A stretch of DNA of 64,000 nucleotides from NCBI GenBank assembly GCA_965140445.1, contig OZ223236.1, forward strand, positions 1,696,001 through 1,760,000. The letters are read 5' to 3'. Below the pieces are notes generated by a model. It did no database searches and was not told the origin of the DNA. It saw only the letters and a program-made list of their open reading frames with translations. A program made the position numbers and the translations under genes. This document shows positions 19,974 through 28,519 of this stretch, in pieces (position 1 is the stretch's first letter; each line of letters starts with the position of its first letter). This DNA is from Candidatus Ozemobacteraceae bacterium (lineage in GTDB: Bacteria > Muiribacteriota > Ozemobacteria > Ozemobacterales > Ozemobacteraceae).

Positions 19974-21092
19974 TTGCACGAAGTTGGAATAAACAACAGC
20001 AGTATCTTGGTTGGTCTATTAATAATGGTTTCAGGGATTTTTTCTCTGGAACTGGGAATTTCTGTCGCCATTTTTGAAATTCTGGCGGGGGTTTTCGCCG
20101 GAAATTTCCTGGATATTGGAAATCAGCCATGGATTGATTTCCACGCACAGTTTGGGCTTTTGGGCTTAATGTTTTTTGCTGGGTTTGAAACTGATTTTCC
20201 TATGCTCAAAAAAAATTGGAAAAGCAGTGCAAAAATTGGTTTGTGGTCATTCTTTTTACCTCTGGGAGCATTGTTTTTTTCCTGTAGAATAATCTTTGGT
20301 TTTAATGAATTGACCTCAGTGTTGGTCGCAATAGGCCTTTCGACAACTTCTCTGGCTTTAGTGTATTCAGTTTTAAAGGAAAAGCATGCTATCAGAAGTC
20401 GATCTGCTCAGGGATTGCTAAGTGCTGCAATGATTGTTGACGTAATCAGTATGGTTTCTTTAATGATCTTGTTTCAAGGGATCAGCTTTGCCACTGTTGT
20501 TGTAATTGTTATGATTCCTCTGACTAAGCTTGTTGTTCCTCATGTCGGGCACTGGGTCTTCAGTCGATATCGTGGGAATCAAATTGAATTCAGGATTAGA
20601 TTTATTCTTTTAACCTTATTAAGCCTTGTTCTGGTGTCCAATTCCTCAGAAATTCATGTTGCTATACTTGCTTTTATAGCAGGCTTTTTCTTCTCTGAGG
20701 TATTGTCACATCATGCAATAATTGAAGAGAAATTGAAATCAATCGTGTTTGGTCTCATGGCTCCCCTGTTTTTCTTTAAGGCGGGTTTGTCTGTGAAATT
20801 TGAACTAATTGATAAGCAAGCCATTATTTACACGCTGGTGCTGGGGACAATTGCTTTCCTTGCCAAATTTTTGGGAACCTATGTGAGTATTGTAAAGACT
20901 TTTAAGCCCTCTATAGCAAAATTTTCTGGTTTGATTTTTAATTTCAGGCTTAGCTTTGGAATTGTTGTAGCAACATTTGGACTTGAAAAAGGGATGATTT
21001 CAGGACAGGTTTATTTTGCAATCGTTGCTGTTATTGTTTTGACTTCTGTTGTTTCGTCGATACTTCTGAAAACCATTCCGCATGAGCTATAA
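19974..21092 (+). CDS. Cation:proton antiporter (CPA2/Kef-type membrane domain)
   Basis: About 12 TM segments; motifs GLLGLMFFAGFE, STTSLA, AMIVD and PLFFFKAG. Confidence 0.85.
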   Translation: MHEVGINNSSILVGLLIMVSGIFSLELGISVAIFEILAGVFAGNFLDIGNQPWIDFHAQFGLLGLMFFAGFETDFPMLKKNWKSSAKIGLWSFFLPLGALFFSCRIIFGFNELTSVLVAIGLSTTSLALVYSVLKEKHAIRSRSAQGLLSAAMIVDVISMVSLMILFQGISFATVVVIVMIPLTKLVVPHVGHWVFSRYRGNQIEFRIRFILLTLLSLVLVSNSSEIHVAILAFIAGFFFSEVLSHHAIIEEKLKSIVFGLMAPLFFFKAGLSVKFELIDKQAIIYTLVLGTIAFLAKFLGTYVSIVKTFKPSIAKFSGLIFNFRLSFGIVVATFGLEKGMISGQVYFAIVAVIVLTSVVSSILLKTIPHEL

Positions 21093-21100
21093 ACTTAAAC

Positions 21101-21140
21101 AAAAAAAGCCCCGGGCAAATCCTGCCCAGGGCTTTTTTTT
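21101..21140. terminator. Bidirectional intrinsic terminator
   Basis: A-tract, GC-rich stem gccccgggca...tgcccagggc, T-tract, between convergent genes. Confidence 0.8.
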
Positions 21141-21157
21141 TATTATAAGTTTAAAAA

Positions 21158-22759
21158 TTATTCTCTTCTAAAAGAGATTAACGGGCGGCTTAAAAGTGTT
21201 AAGGGATTGCCTGATGACCCAGGTCTTGAATTGTTTACAGCTTGTACGGGAGAGCTTTTTTCTTTTCCAAGTCGGAATTTTTCTACTTCAGACACATTAT
21301 CATCGCTCTTACGTCGTTTGGGCTTGTGAGACATGCAACCTACTGATTCTACTTTTATCATATTGGTTCCGCCGCTTCTGCCTACTGGAATTCCTGCAAC
21401 TAATACTACAGTGTCCCCATCTTTAATCATTCCGGTTTCTTTAACCAGCTTAACAGATTGAGTATAAAGCTCTTCGATGCTTTTAAATCTATGACCCATA
21501 ACTGGTGTTATTCCCCAGTTTATACTTAGTTGATTGTAAAGCTTTTCATTGCTTACTACAGCAGCTATTGGGATGCTTGGCCGCAGCTTAGATAAGGCCT
21601 GAGCGGTTCTTCCTGACTCTGTTACCGTTATAATAGCTGTTGCTCCAACGTTATAAGCTGTAGTAATTGCTGCATTTGTAACCGCAGAGGTTCTATCCAA
21701 AAATTCTTCGCAAGAAGAAAAGGCTGAATAAATCCGCTTGTAATCAATAGCGTGCTCAGTGTTCTCAGAAACCCTGTTCATAAGCTTTACACATTCAACT
21801 GGATATTTTCCAATCGAAGTTTCACCTGAGAGCATTATTGCGGAAGTAAAATCATATATTGCATTTGCAACATCGGATACTTCCGCTCTTGTTGGCCTGG
21901 GAGCATCTATCATGGTGTGTAGCATTTGAGTCGCAGTAATTACAGGTTTTCCGGCCATGTAGCATCTTCTAATAATTTCTTTTTGTATTATTGGGACTTC
22001 TTCTGGGAGAAGTTCTACTCCAAGGTCACCTCTGGCAACCATAACACCGTCAGCAACAGACAAAATTTCATCAAAATTAAGAAGCGCCGCATGATTTTCT
22101 ATTTTTGCTATGACCTTTATTTCAGGCTTTCCTTCAATATCTAGAATTGCTTTGACTCTTCTTATTGTGTCTTCACTTTCTGTAAAGGAAACCGCGATAA
22201 AATCAAAGTCATTTGCTGCCGCAAATCTAATGTCTTCTTTATCCTTAGGAGTTGGATTTGGAAGGTTTAATTCAAGTCGAGGAACATTTACGCCACGTCT
22301 TGATTTTATTTTCCCACTGTTTTTTATTGTACAGTTAATTGTTTTGGAATCAGGAATACTGTCGACCTTTAGCGTTATTAAACCATCATCTAATAGTATA
22401 AGAGAGTCTTTAGCTAAAATTTCAGGAAGTCTTTCGTAGGATATAGAAAGCAATTTATTGCTTCCTGTAACTTTTTCTGTGGTTAAAGTGATTTGCTCTC
22501 CATCAATAAGTTCAGCATAATCACCTTCGACTTCTCCAGTTCTAATTTCAGGACCTTTTGTGTCCAGCATTAGAGCTACCGGTTTTTTCATTTCTGCCCG
22601 AAGCTTTTTAACTCTTTCAACTCTTGTTCCATGTTCTTCAAAATCGCCATGAGAAAAATTGAGCCTGGCAACGTTCATTCCGGAGTTTATAAGGTCTTTA
22701 AGTACATCTTCTTCTTCTGCTGAGGGGCCTAGTGTAACTAAAATTTTTGTTTTACGCAT
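21158..22759 (-). CDS. pyk: Pyruvate kinase
   Basis: Motifs MRKTKILVTLGP, RLNFSHG, LDTKGPEIRT, IAKIEN, MVARGDLGVE and ATQML...PTRAEVSDVANA. ATG 22759 chosen by homology (the track uses TTG 22789). Confidence 0.97.
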   Translation of the reverse strand: MRKTKILVTLGPSAEEEDVLKDLINSGMNVARLNFSHGDFEEHGTRVERVKKLRAEMKKPVALMLDTKGPEIRTGEVEGDYAELIDGEQITLTTEKVTGSNKLLSISYERLPEILAKDSLILLDDGLITLKVDSIPDSKTINCTIKNSGKIKSRRGVNVPRLELNLPNPTPKDKEDIRFAAANDFDFIAVSFTESEDTIRRVKAILDIEGKPEIKVIAKIENHAALLNFDEILSVADGVMVARGDLGVELLPEEVPIIQKEIIRRCYMAGKPVITATQMLHTMIDAPRPTRAEVSDVANAIYDFTSAIMLSGETSIGKYPVECVKLMNRVSENTEHAIDYKRIYSAFSSCEEFLDRTSAVTNAAITTAYNVGATAIITVTESGRTAQALSKLRPSIPIAAVVSNEKLYNQLSINWGITPVMGHRFKSIEELYTQSVKLVKETGMIKDGDTVVLVAGIPVGRSGGTNMIKVESVGCMSHKPKRRKSDDNVSEVEKFRLGKEKSSPVQAVNNSRPGSSGNPLTLLSRPLISFRRE

Positions 22760-22957
22760 AATATTTGCTTTAATTGCGCTCCTTTCCAATGAATGCAGAT
22801 TCCGTAAAGCAATAATTATGCCATTGTGAGAGATTGGGCCGTAATCTAATCTATTAAAGAGATTGGTTAAAATATAATGAGAGTGAAATAGCTTAAATAA
22901 AAAGTTGTTTCACCTGAAGTGTTAAAAAAATATACAGAATGGGCGATTATTGGTCAG

Positions 22958-23818
22958 TCAGGAGAACCTTTGCTTTTCAATCATCTTTAATAGATTTCTC
23001 CAACCGTTTAACTGCTCTTCAGAGATTGATATTGTTTTCCCCAGGCTTTTTCGATGTTCGACGGCGCGCAACCACTTTCTGGTTTCTCTTGGGAGCTGAA
23101 CTTTTTCGTTTACGATTAGACCTGTTATAAGCATTCTTACATTCTGTCTTACAATTTTGGCCTTTTTGGGATTAAGTTGATAATCAAAATTTTTAAGAAT
23201 TTTTCCTACCTGAGATAGTATGAATCTAGCTTTTTTGGGGGAATCAATTTCGGAGGAAAATGATAAATCGTCGGCATATCTTGTGTAAGAAAATCCATGT
23301 TGTTTTCCCAGCCCACTTAAGCGGGCATCCATGCGAAAATTTATAAGATTACTTAAACGAGGGCTTGTTGGAGCGCCTTGAGGTAAAAATCCGTTCAGTG
23401 TGCAAATTTCTGTAAGAAGCCCGGCGCATTCGTTGTTCCAGCCTATGGTTTTAAAATAATTGGAAACTCTGTCTGAGGTGGATGAGCTAAAAAAGTCCTT
23501 TATATCTAGTTTTACAATAATAGCTTTTTTTACATGCTCAGAGGCATTTGTAACAATTGATTCTGATTTTTCAAACCCTTTTACGCAATCATGAGCCTTG
23601 AGATTAGACAGAATGTTTCGATTAATTAGCTTTTGAATCGCTTTTAATTTTTCATTTGGGGCAAAAAGTGTTCTGTTCGACCCATCTCTTTTTCGTATCT
23701 GAAATTCCTTGTAGGAAAGTTCCAGATCAATTAGTTGATTTTCATGAATTTGAAGGACTTCCAGTAAGTTTTCTTTTGTACGTTTGCTTTTTCCGAAAAT
23801 CCAACTCAAAAGTCCCAT
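22958..23818 (-). CDS. Retron-type reverse transcriptase (286 aa)
   Basis: YTRYADDLSFS catalytic motif, LPQGAPTSPRLSN and KLDIKDFF. Retron-diagnostic region X NAxxH (NASEH) and region Y start VTG-like ITGLIVN. AAGGA SD upstream. Confidence 0.9.
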   Translation of the reverse strand: MGLLSWIFGKSKRTKENLLEVLQIHENQLIDLELSYKEFQIRKRDGSNRTLFAPNEKLKAIQKLINRNILSNLKAHDCVKGFEKSESIVTNASEHVKKAIIVKLDIKDFFSSSTSDRVSNYFKTIGWNNECAGLLTEICTLNGFLPQGAPTSPRLSNLINFRMDARLSGLGKQHGFSYTRYADDLSFSSEIDSPKKARFILSQVGKILKNFDYQLNPKKAKIVRQNVRMLITGLIVNEKVQLPRETRKWLRAVEHRKSLGKTISISEEQLNGWRNLLKMIEKQRFS

Positions 23819-23866
23819 AAAAGGATTCCTTACCTTACATAAAGTGTAAAGGCGCCGGTTGGCGCC

Positions 23867-23973
23867 TTTGCCTTGCCAAGAATGCAGATTCTTGCACCTG
23901 CTTAAAAGGAGACTCTAAAAAGAGCCCGGTCGACGAAGCATCGACCTGTGCATTGAAGCACCGCCAAGGCAAA
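23867..23973 (-). ncRNA. Putative retron msr-msd non-coding RNA
   Basis: Perfect 9-bp terminal inverted repeat (23965-23973 / 23867-23875) with an unpaired G at 23964 directly after the 5' arm. Three msr-like stem-loops (23948-23961, 23928-23946, 23910-23927) and an msd-like hairpin (23877-23894). Lies immediately upstream of the RT. Confidence 0.75.
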
Positions 23974-23976
23974 TAA

Positions 23977-24006
23977 ATTTTAGCACCAGTTAAAACTTAT
24001 GGTCAA
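23977..24006 (-). promoter_or_regulatory. Putative sigma70 promoter for the retron ncRNA and RT
   Basis: Minus strand TTGACC(24006-24001)-N18-TAAAAT(23982-23977) with an extended -10 TG. Predicted start near 23970, at the 5' arm of the inverted repeat. Confidence 0.6.
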
Positions 24007-24007
24007 G

Positions 24008-24658
24008 TTAGTTAAGAAAATAATACTGCAATAGCCAGTGAATCATTCCAACTATCATGCCGAGAACTCCACCAAGCCTTATTATCATTTTCATTTCTTT
24101 GTCAGCAATTCTGTTTACAATATCTTCCAATTTGCATAGATCCATTATGCTAACTTTTTCAGCTACAATTTCTTTTACGGAAATCTTTTCTGAAGCCTTA
24201 TGAGCAGCCTTGTCTAGAAGACCTGGAACCTGCTTCTTTATAGTTTTGGCCATTTCTTTTTCAATTTTATTCATAAGTGGAACAACAATTGTATCTGGAT
24301 TAATGCTTACAAAAGGGATTTTGCTCACAAAACTTTTTACCGTTTCTTTGGCTTTTACTTCCATTTCAAGTCTGTTTTGACGCATTTGATCGTCAATTAT
24401 AGGGTCTATGTCCTCTGGAGACACTTTTTGAAGCATGTCGTCTATGTTAATTAGTTCGCCCTCAACAATTTTACCCAAATTTTGAGCAAGCTCTTTTTGG
24501 CGTTTCGGAAGTAGACCCTGAAATTCAAAAAATAAAAATGAAACAGGCTTTTGAGGATGGAACAGGGCCTTTATTGCCAACCAGTTAGTAATCCAACCAA
24601 TAAACCAGCCCAATGCCGCTGAAAGGCAAAAGCCTATATAAACTGAATGTTCACTCAT
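24008..24658 (-). CDS. DUF445 (UPF0754/YheB-like) membrane protein
   Basis: Motifs IGWITNWLAIKALFHP and QGLLPKRQKELA, and C-terminal EMKMIIRLGGVLGMIVG. ATG 24658 follows GAGG. Confidence 0.85.
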   Translation of the reverse strand: MSEHSVYIGFCLSAALGWFIGWITNWLAIKALFHPQKPVSFLFFEFQGLLPKRQKELAQNLGKIVEGELINIDDMLQKVSPEDIDPIIDDQMRQNRLEMEVKAKETVKSFVSKIPFVSINPDTIVVPLMNKIEKEMAKTIKKQVPGLLDKAAHKASEKISVKEIVAEKVSIMDLCKLEDIVNRIADKEMKMIIRLGGVLGMIVGMIHWLLQYYFLN

Positions 24659-24743
24659 TTCTTCCTCATTGCTTGACCATTTCTTATACACAAAAGTCGT
24701 TGTTATAGTTAAAAAATTATAGCATAGATGGTTTTTAGTAGGT

Positions 24744-24770
24744 TAAAAAAACTGGTAGATTTGCCGATAC
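24744..24770 (+). promoter_or_regulatory. Putative sigma28 (FliA/SigD) promoter
   Basis: TAAA-N15-GCCGATAC versus the consensus TAAA-N15-GCCGATAA. Confidence 0.6.
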
Positions 24771-24800
24771 CGCAATCGACAGAGACATGGAGGTCTTATC

Positions 24801-24950
24801 ATGAAGATATGGGTAATGATATTACTTCTGCTGTCGTGCGTGGTTGGCTTTGCGGCTAGTTATGGGTTCGCTTATCGTCAGATAAATGGAGTTTTATACT
24901 CTTCAGCGGCCCCTTTGCAGAATTCTAATTCTGCGGCTGTGAATAAATAG
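24801..24950 (+). CDS. Unannotated 49-aa small membrane or secreted protein
   Basis: GGAGG SD 7 nt before the ATG; MKIWVMILLLLSCVVGFAASYGFAYRQINGVLYSSAAPLQNSNSAAVNK; followed by a terminator. Below the size cutoff of the ORF track. Confidence 0.7.
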   Translation: MKIWVMILLLLSCVVGFAASYGFAYRQINGVLYSSAAPLQNSNSAAVNK

Positions 24951-24956
24951 CACACC

Positions 24957-25003
24957 AGCAGAAAAGGTCAGAAAGAAAATTTTTCTGACCTTTTCTGCTT
25001 TTT
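24957..25003 (+). terminator. Intrinsic terminator
   Basis: Long inverted repeat agcagaaaaggtcagaaa / tttctgaccttttctgct followed by Ts. Confidence 0.75.
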
Positions 25004-25017
25004 AGTAGAGTCTTTTC

Positions 25018-25047
25018 TTGACTAAAAAAATATTATGCTGATATAAT
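25018..25047 (+). promoter_or_regulatory. sigma70 promoter of metK
   Basis: TTGACT-N18-TATAAT with an extended -10 TG. Confidence 0.7.
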
Positions 25048-25075
25048 CCACCGACAAAAATAAATGGAGGATTCC

Positions 25076-26257
25076 ATGAATAAAAACTATTTTTTTACTT
25101 CTGAGTCTGTTACAGAAGGACATCCAGATAAAGTTTCAGATCAGATTTCTGATGCAGTTCTTGATGCTATTCTGACCAATGACCCAAAAGGTAGAGTTGC
25201 TTGTGAAACAGCTATTACTACTGGTATGGCACTTATCATGGGCGAAATATCAACTACTTGTTATGTTGATGTACAATCGATTGCAAGAAAAGTAATTTCA
25301 GAAATTGGTTATACCAATGCTGATTACGGAATAGATGGCAAAAGTTGCGGAATAATGGTTGCGCTTGACGAACAGTCTCCTGATATCGCTCAGGGCGTTA
25401 ACCATGCTAAAGACGGCGATGATTCTGATGAAGATCTGAACGTTGGTGCTGGAGATCAGGGAATGATGGTAGGATTTGCCTGCACTGAAACTCCTGAACT
25501 TATGCCTGCTCCAATTTTCTATGCTCACAATGTATGTCGCAAACTTGCCGAAGTAAGAAAGCAAAAAGTTGTTAGCTATTTGAGACCAGATGGAAAAGCT
25601 CAGGTTACAGTTGAATATAAAGATTGTAAGCCTGTTAGAGTTGATTCTGTTGTTCTCTCAACTCAGCATGATCCAGATGCAACTCACGCTCAGATTACTG
25701 AAGACATGATCGAAAAAGTAATCAAACCTGTAATTCCTGCAGAACTAATTGATGCGGATACAAAATTCTATGTAAACCCAACTGGAAGATTTGTTGTTGG
25801 TGGACCACAGGGTGATGCTGGTTTGACTGGAAGAAAAATCATTGTTGATACTTACGGTGGAATGGCTGCTCATGGCGGAGGAGCTTTCTCGGGTAAAGAT
25901 CCAACCAAGGTTGATAGATCCGGTGCATACATGGGCCGCTACATCGCAAAGAATATTGTTGCTGCTGGACTTGCAGAAAGACTTGAAATTCAGATAGCTT
26001 ATGCAATCGGTGTTGCAAGACCTCTATCTGTTCATGTAAACACATTTGGAACAGGTAAAGTTGCGCCAGAAAAAATCGAAGAAATTATTAAGAAAGTATT
26101 TGATCTTAGACCTGGTGCGATCATTAAAAATTTGCATCTTAGACAGCCTATTTATAGAAAGACTGCTGCATATGGCCATTTTGGCAGAACTGATGTTCAG
26201 CTTCCTTGGGAAAAACTTGACAAGGTTGATGAAATCAAAAAAGAAGCAAACATTTAA
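25076..26257 (+). CDS. metK: S-adenosylmethionine synthetase
   Basis: Motifs [19 protein letters not shown] and [23 protein letters not shown] before ATG 25076. Confidence 0.99.
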   Translation: MNKNYFFTSESVTEGHPDKVSDQISDAVLDAILTNDPKGRVACETAITTGMALIMGEISTTCYVDVQSIARKVISEIGYTNADYGIDGKSCGIMVALDEQSPDIAQGVNHAKDGDDSDEDLNVGAGDQGMMVGFACTETPELMPAPIFYAHNVCRKLAEVRKQKVVSYLRPDGKAQVTVEYKDCKPVRVDSVVLSTQHDPDATHAQITEDMIEKVIKPVIPAELIDADTKFYVNPTGRFVVGGPQGDAGLTGRKIIVDTYGGMAAHGGGAFSGKDPTKVDRSGAYMGRYIAKNIVAAGLAERLEIQIAYAIGVARPLSVHVNTFGTGKVAPEKIEEIIKKVFDLRPGAIIKNLHLRQPIYRKTAAYGHFGRTDVQLPWEKLDKVDEIKKEANI

Positions 26258-26279
26258 TTTCCGTTTGATTTGATTTTGT

Positions 26280-26313
26280 GCCGCCCGGTTTATACCGGGC
26301 GGCTGTCTGTTTT
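26280..26313 (+). terminator. Intrinsic terminator after metK
   Basis: gccgcccggt-ttat-accgggcggc followed by a T-rich tail. Confidence 0.7.
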
Positions 26314-26327
26314 CTGGAGACTTTTAA

Positions 26328-27122
26328 TTGAAATTGCAATATAGATTTAAGATTGCGCTTCTAGCTTTCCTCTTTCTAGGCATTATCCCAGTTATTCTAG
26401 AAGCAAAGTGGGATAAACTAGCGGTTCTTGTTTATCATCATATTCAGGAAAAGGTAAGTTCCGATGTCTCTTGTACTCCAAAACAGTTTGATTCACAAAT
26501 GAATGCGCTAATTGAGTCCGGTTATACGCCACTTTCTTTGAGTCAGTTCAGACAATATCTTGTTGCTGGGCTTGAGGATATTGGAAAGCCAATATTAATT
26601 ACATTTGATGATGGTTATGAAAGTGTTTATCAATACGCATTGCCTGTTGCCAGGAAGTACAAAATTCCAATGATTGTTTTTGTCGTGACTTCTCGTATTG
26701 GTTTGAAACCGCAATTCGCGAGGTATTTGTCAGAAAAGCAGATTCGTGAAATGGACAAATCTGCTTTTTTTGAATTTGGTTCTCATACTCATAGTTTACA
26801 TGTTGATAGCATGAAGATTTTTGATGCATTTGAGGATAAAAGAAATAATCCTGTGTGCCGTTTGTTAAAAAGAGATCTCCGCATGTCTCGTGATAAGCTT
26901 TATGGAATAACAGGGAAGAATCCAATTGCTATTGCCTGGCCATACGGAAAATTTTGTTCTGAATTCACCAACATTGCAAGGGGTGTGGGGTTTAAACTTC
27001 ATTTTACAAGCCGATATGGTTATAACGAAGAAGGGTTTAATCCATATTTGATAAAGCGCATTCCGGTGAGCTCTAGAGATAATGAAAAAACAATTATCGA
27101 GAAACTCAGGGGTTACAGATAA
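26328..27122 (+). CDS. Exported polysaccharide deacetylase (CE4/NodB, PgaB/IcaB-like)
   Basis: Signal peptide; motifs VLVYHHI, ITFDDGY, GSHTHSLH and AWPYG. Confidence 0.9.
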   Translation: MKLQYRFKIALLAFLFLGIIPVILEAKWDKLAVLVYHHIQEKVSSDVSCTPKQFDSQMNALIESGYTPLSLSQFRQYLVAGLEDIGKPILITFDDGYESVYQYALPVARKYKIPMIVFVVTSRIGLKPQFARYLSEKQIREMDKSAFFEFGSHTHSLHVDSMKIFDAFEDKRNNPVCRLLKRDLRMSRDKLYGITGKNPIAIAWPYGKFCSEFTNIARGVGFKLHFTSRYGYNEEGFNPYLIKRIPVSSRDNEKTIIEKLRGYR

Positions 27123-27244
27123 AACTACAGATTTTGCTTATTTCAGCAAAATGTTCATAGCCCTAATTTGGATTTAAAAATTTCGGTAATTCTTATTTTA
27201 TTCATTGGTAAAAAACAGAAAATACTACAAAGCTTAAAAAAGTA

Positions 27245-27290
27245 AAAGAGCATCTTTGAAACAATATTTCAAAGGTGCTCTTTTTACTTT
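27245..27290. terminator. Bidirectional terminator
   Basis: aaaagagcatctttgaaa / tttcaaaggtgctctttt inverted repeat between convergent genes. Confidence 0.7.
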
Positions 27291-27314
27291 TTTAAAATAT
27301 CTTAATCTAAAAAA

Positions 27315-27983
27315 TCAAGCCTTGGCGGTTTCGTCATCTGAAGAATCTTCAACAACTTCGTTTTCCAATCCTTCTTCATCTGAGTCGTCCTGTGATTTTC
27401 TTTCACGTTTTTCTTTTTCCAGAGTGAAAGAAAGAACTATTTCGTCCATTGATTTTACTGTTTCCATCATTTGATCAACTTTATCAGTGTTGCCTGTTGA
27501 TTTTATTGCAGCAAGACCTGATTGAACCTCGTCAATTGATTCTTTTAGGTTAAGAACTTTATTTCTTAGCCCCATAGTCATTTCATTCATCGCATCAGCC
27601 AGATCTTTTAATTCATCTTTAGGTCTGAGCTTGATAAAGTGGGTTAAATCGCCTTCGCCAATATTCCTGACGACCCGCTCCATCCTGTAGACGGGCCCCG
27701 CAATCGTATGGGTTACAAAAATACAGATAAAGGCAACCACAAAGATGCTTATCAGTTCCGCAATAATGACCCCGGGCAGCAGCGCTTGCCCTAATTGTTT
27801 GCTGTCAACAGGCAGCTTGGATTCTTCGACCAGCTTATTTTCAAGTTTTTCAACTGAGAAGCCATAAACTAGTGCTCCAACGATATTGGCAACGATGATT
27901 ACTATAAGAATAAAAATCGCTGTTAACCTGCTCTGAAAGCCAGGTTTGATAAAATATCTTTTTCGGCGTCGGACTTGAGACAT
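27315..27983 (-). CDS. Two-TM HAMP-domain protein with acidic tail and no evident output domain
   Basis: RRKRYFIKPGFQ, two TMs, HAMP (IAGPVYRMER...GEGDLT...DELKDLADAMNEM), coiled coil, D/E-rich tail. Confidence 0.8.
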   Translation of the reverse strand: MSQVRRRKRYFIKPGFQSRLTAIFILIVIIVANIVGALVYGFSVEKLENKLVEESKLPVDSKQLGQALLPGVIIAELISIFVVAFICIFVTHTIAGPVYRMERVVRNIGEGDLTHFIKLRPKDELKDLADAMNEMTMGLRNKVLNLKESIDEVQSGLAAIKSTGNTDKVDQMMETVKSMDEIVLSFTLEKEKRERKSQDDSDEEGLENEVVEDSSDDETAKA

Positions 27984-28018
27984 TCAGTCACCCTCCCATA
28001 GTACTTTGGTTCAGATTA

Positions 28019-28429
28019 TCACAGCTTATTTTCAGATTCAACGTGATTATTACTAGTTTCCGTGTCAAATCTCAAAAAAGTTTCGTTGTTATGATCAGAA
28101 TTTCCTTCAGCAGTTTCGGAAATTAAATCCAGATATTGTGATTCATAGCTATTTGTAGGCATTTCAACTCCAGAATCTTCAGCATCATCCCAGGTTAGTT
28201 TTTCGTCTGAGTCATTTTCATCCCATTCATTTAAATATGCAGTCATGTCTGTTTCGTTTGTCGATGTTTTTTCTGAATTAGGGTTGAGCGGATCTGTTAA
28301 AGCTTCTGGAGTTCCAACTAGTATATCTATAGACTCTTTTGACAAAGCCAACGGTTCTTCTTTCAAAACTTCTGCGTGAAGCTGAGATGCTATTGCCAAA
28401 ATAAAAAAAATCAAAACTATTCTTTTCAT
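28019..28429 (-). CDS. Hypothetical secreted acidic protein
   Basis: Signal peptide MKRIVLIFFILAIASQLHA followed by a D/E-rich mature part. Confidence 0.7.
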   Translation of the reverse strand: MKRIVLIFFILAIASQLHAEVLKEEPLALSKESIDILVGTPEALTDPLNPNSEKTSTNETDMTAYLNEWDENDSDEKLTWDDAEDSGVEMPTNSYESQYLDLISETAEGNSDHNNETFLRFDTETSNNHVESENKL

Positions 28430-28519
28430 AATTATTTCCTAAACTTGTCATTCTTTTTTACTAAATCGGAACTTTAACGTATAAATATAATAAGAAATTT
28501 TGTTACAAGAATTCGAAAG

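Noticed and set aside
22939..23130. 63-aa plus-strand ORF overlapping the RT 3' end as a hidden effector
   Set aside because: It is antisense to the RT, has no clear SD and no recognisable motif; likely a shadow ORF.
22958..23818. RT as a group II intron, DGR or CRISPR-associated RT
   Set aside because: There is no maturase or endonuclease extension, no TR/VR repeat pair or avd gene, and no cas genes or array. The NAxxH and ITG motifs and the upstream structure fit a retron.
24008..24658. DUF445 two-TM protein as the retron effector (by analogy to 2TM retron effectors)
   Set aside because: DUF445 is a widespread family not known to me as retron-linked, and a separate promoter lies between it and the ncRNA. 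Not excluded, but unsupported without co-occurrence data.
24951..25075. SAM riboswitch upstream of metK
   Set aside because: The promoter lies about 30 nt from the start codon, leaving no room, and no S-box consensus is visible. The nearby hairpin is the terminator of the upstream small ORF.
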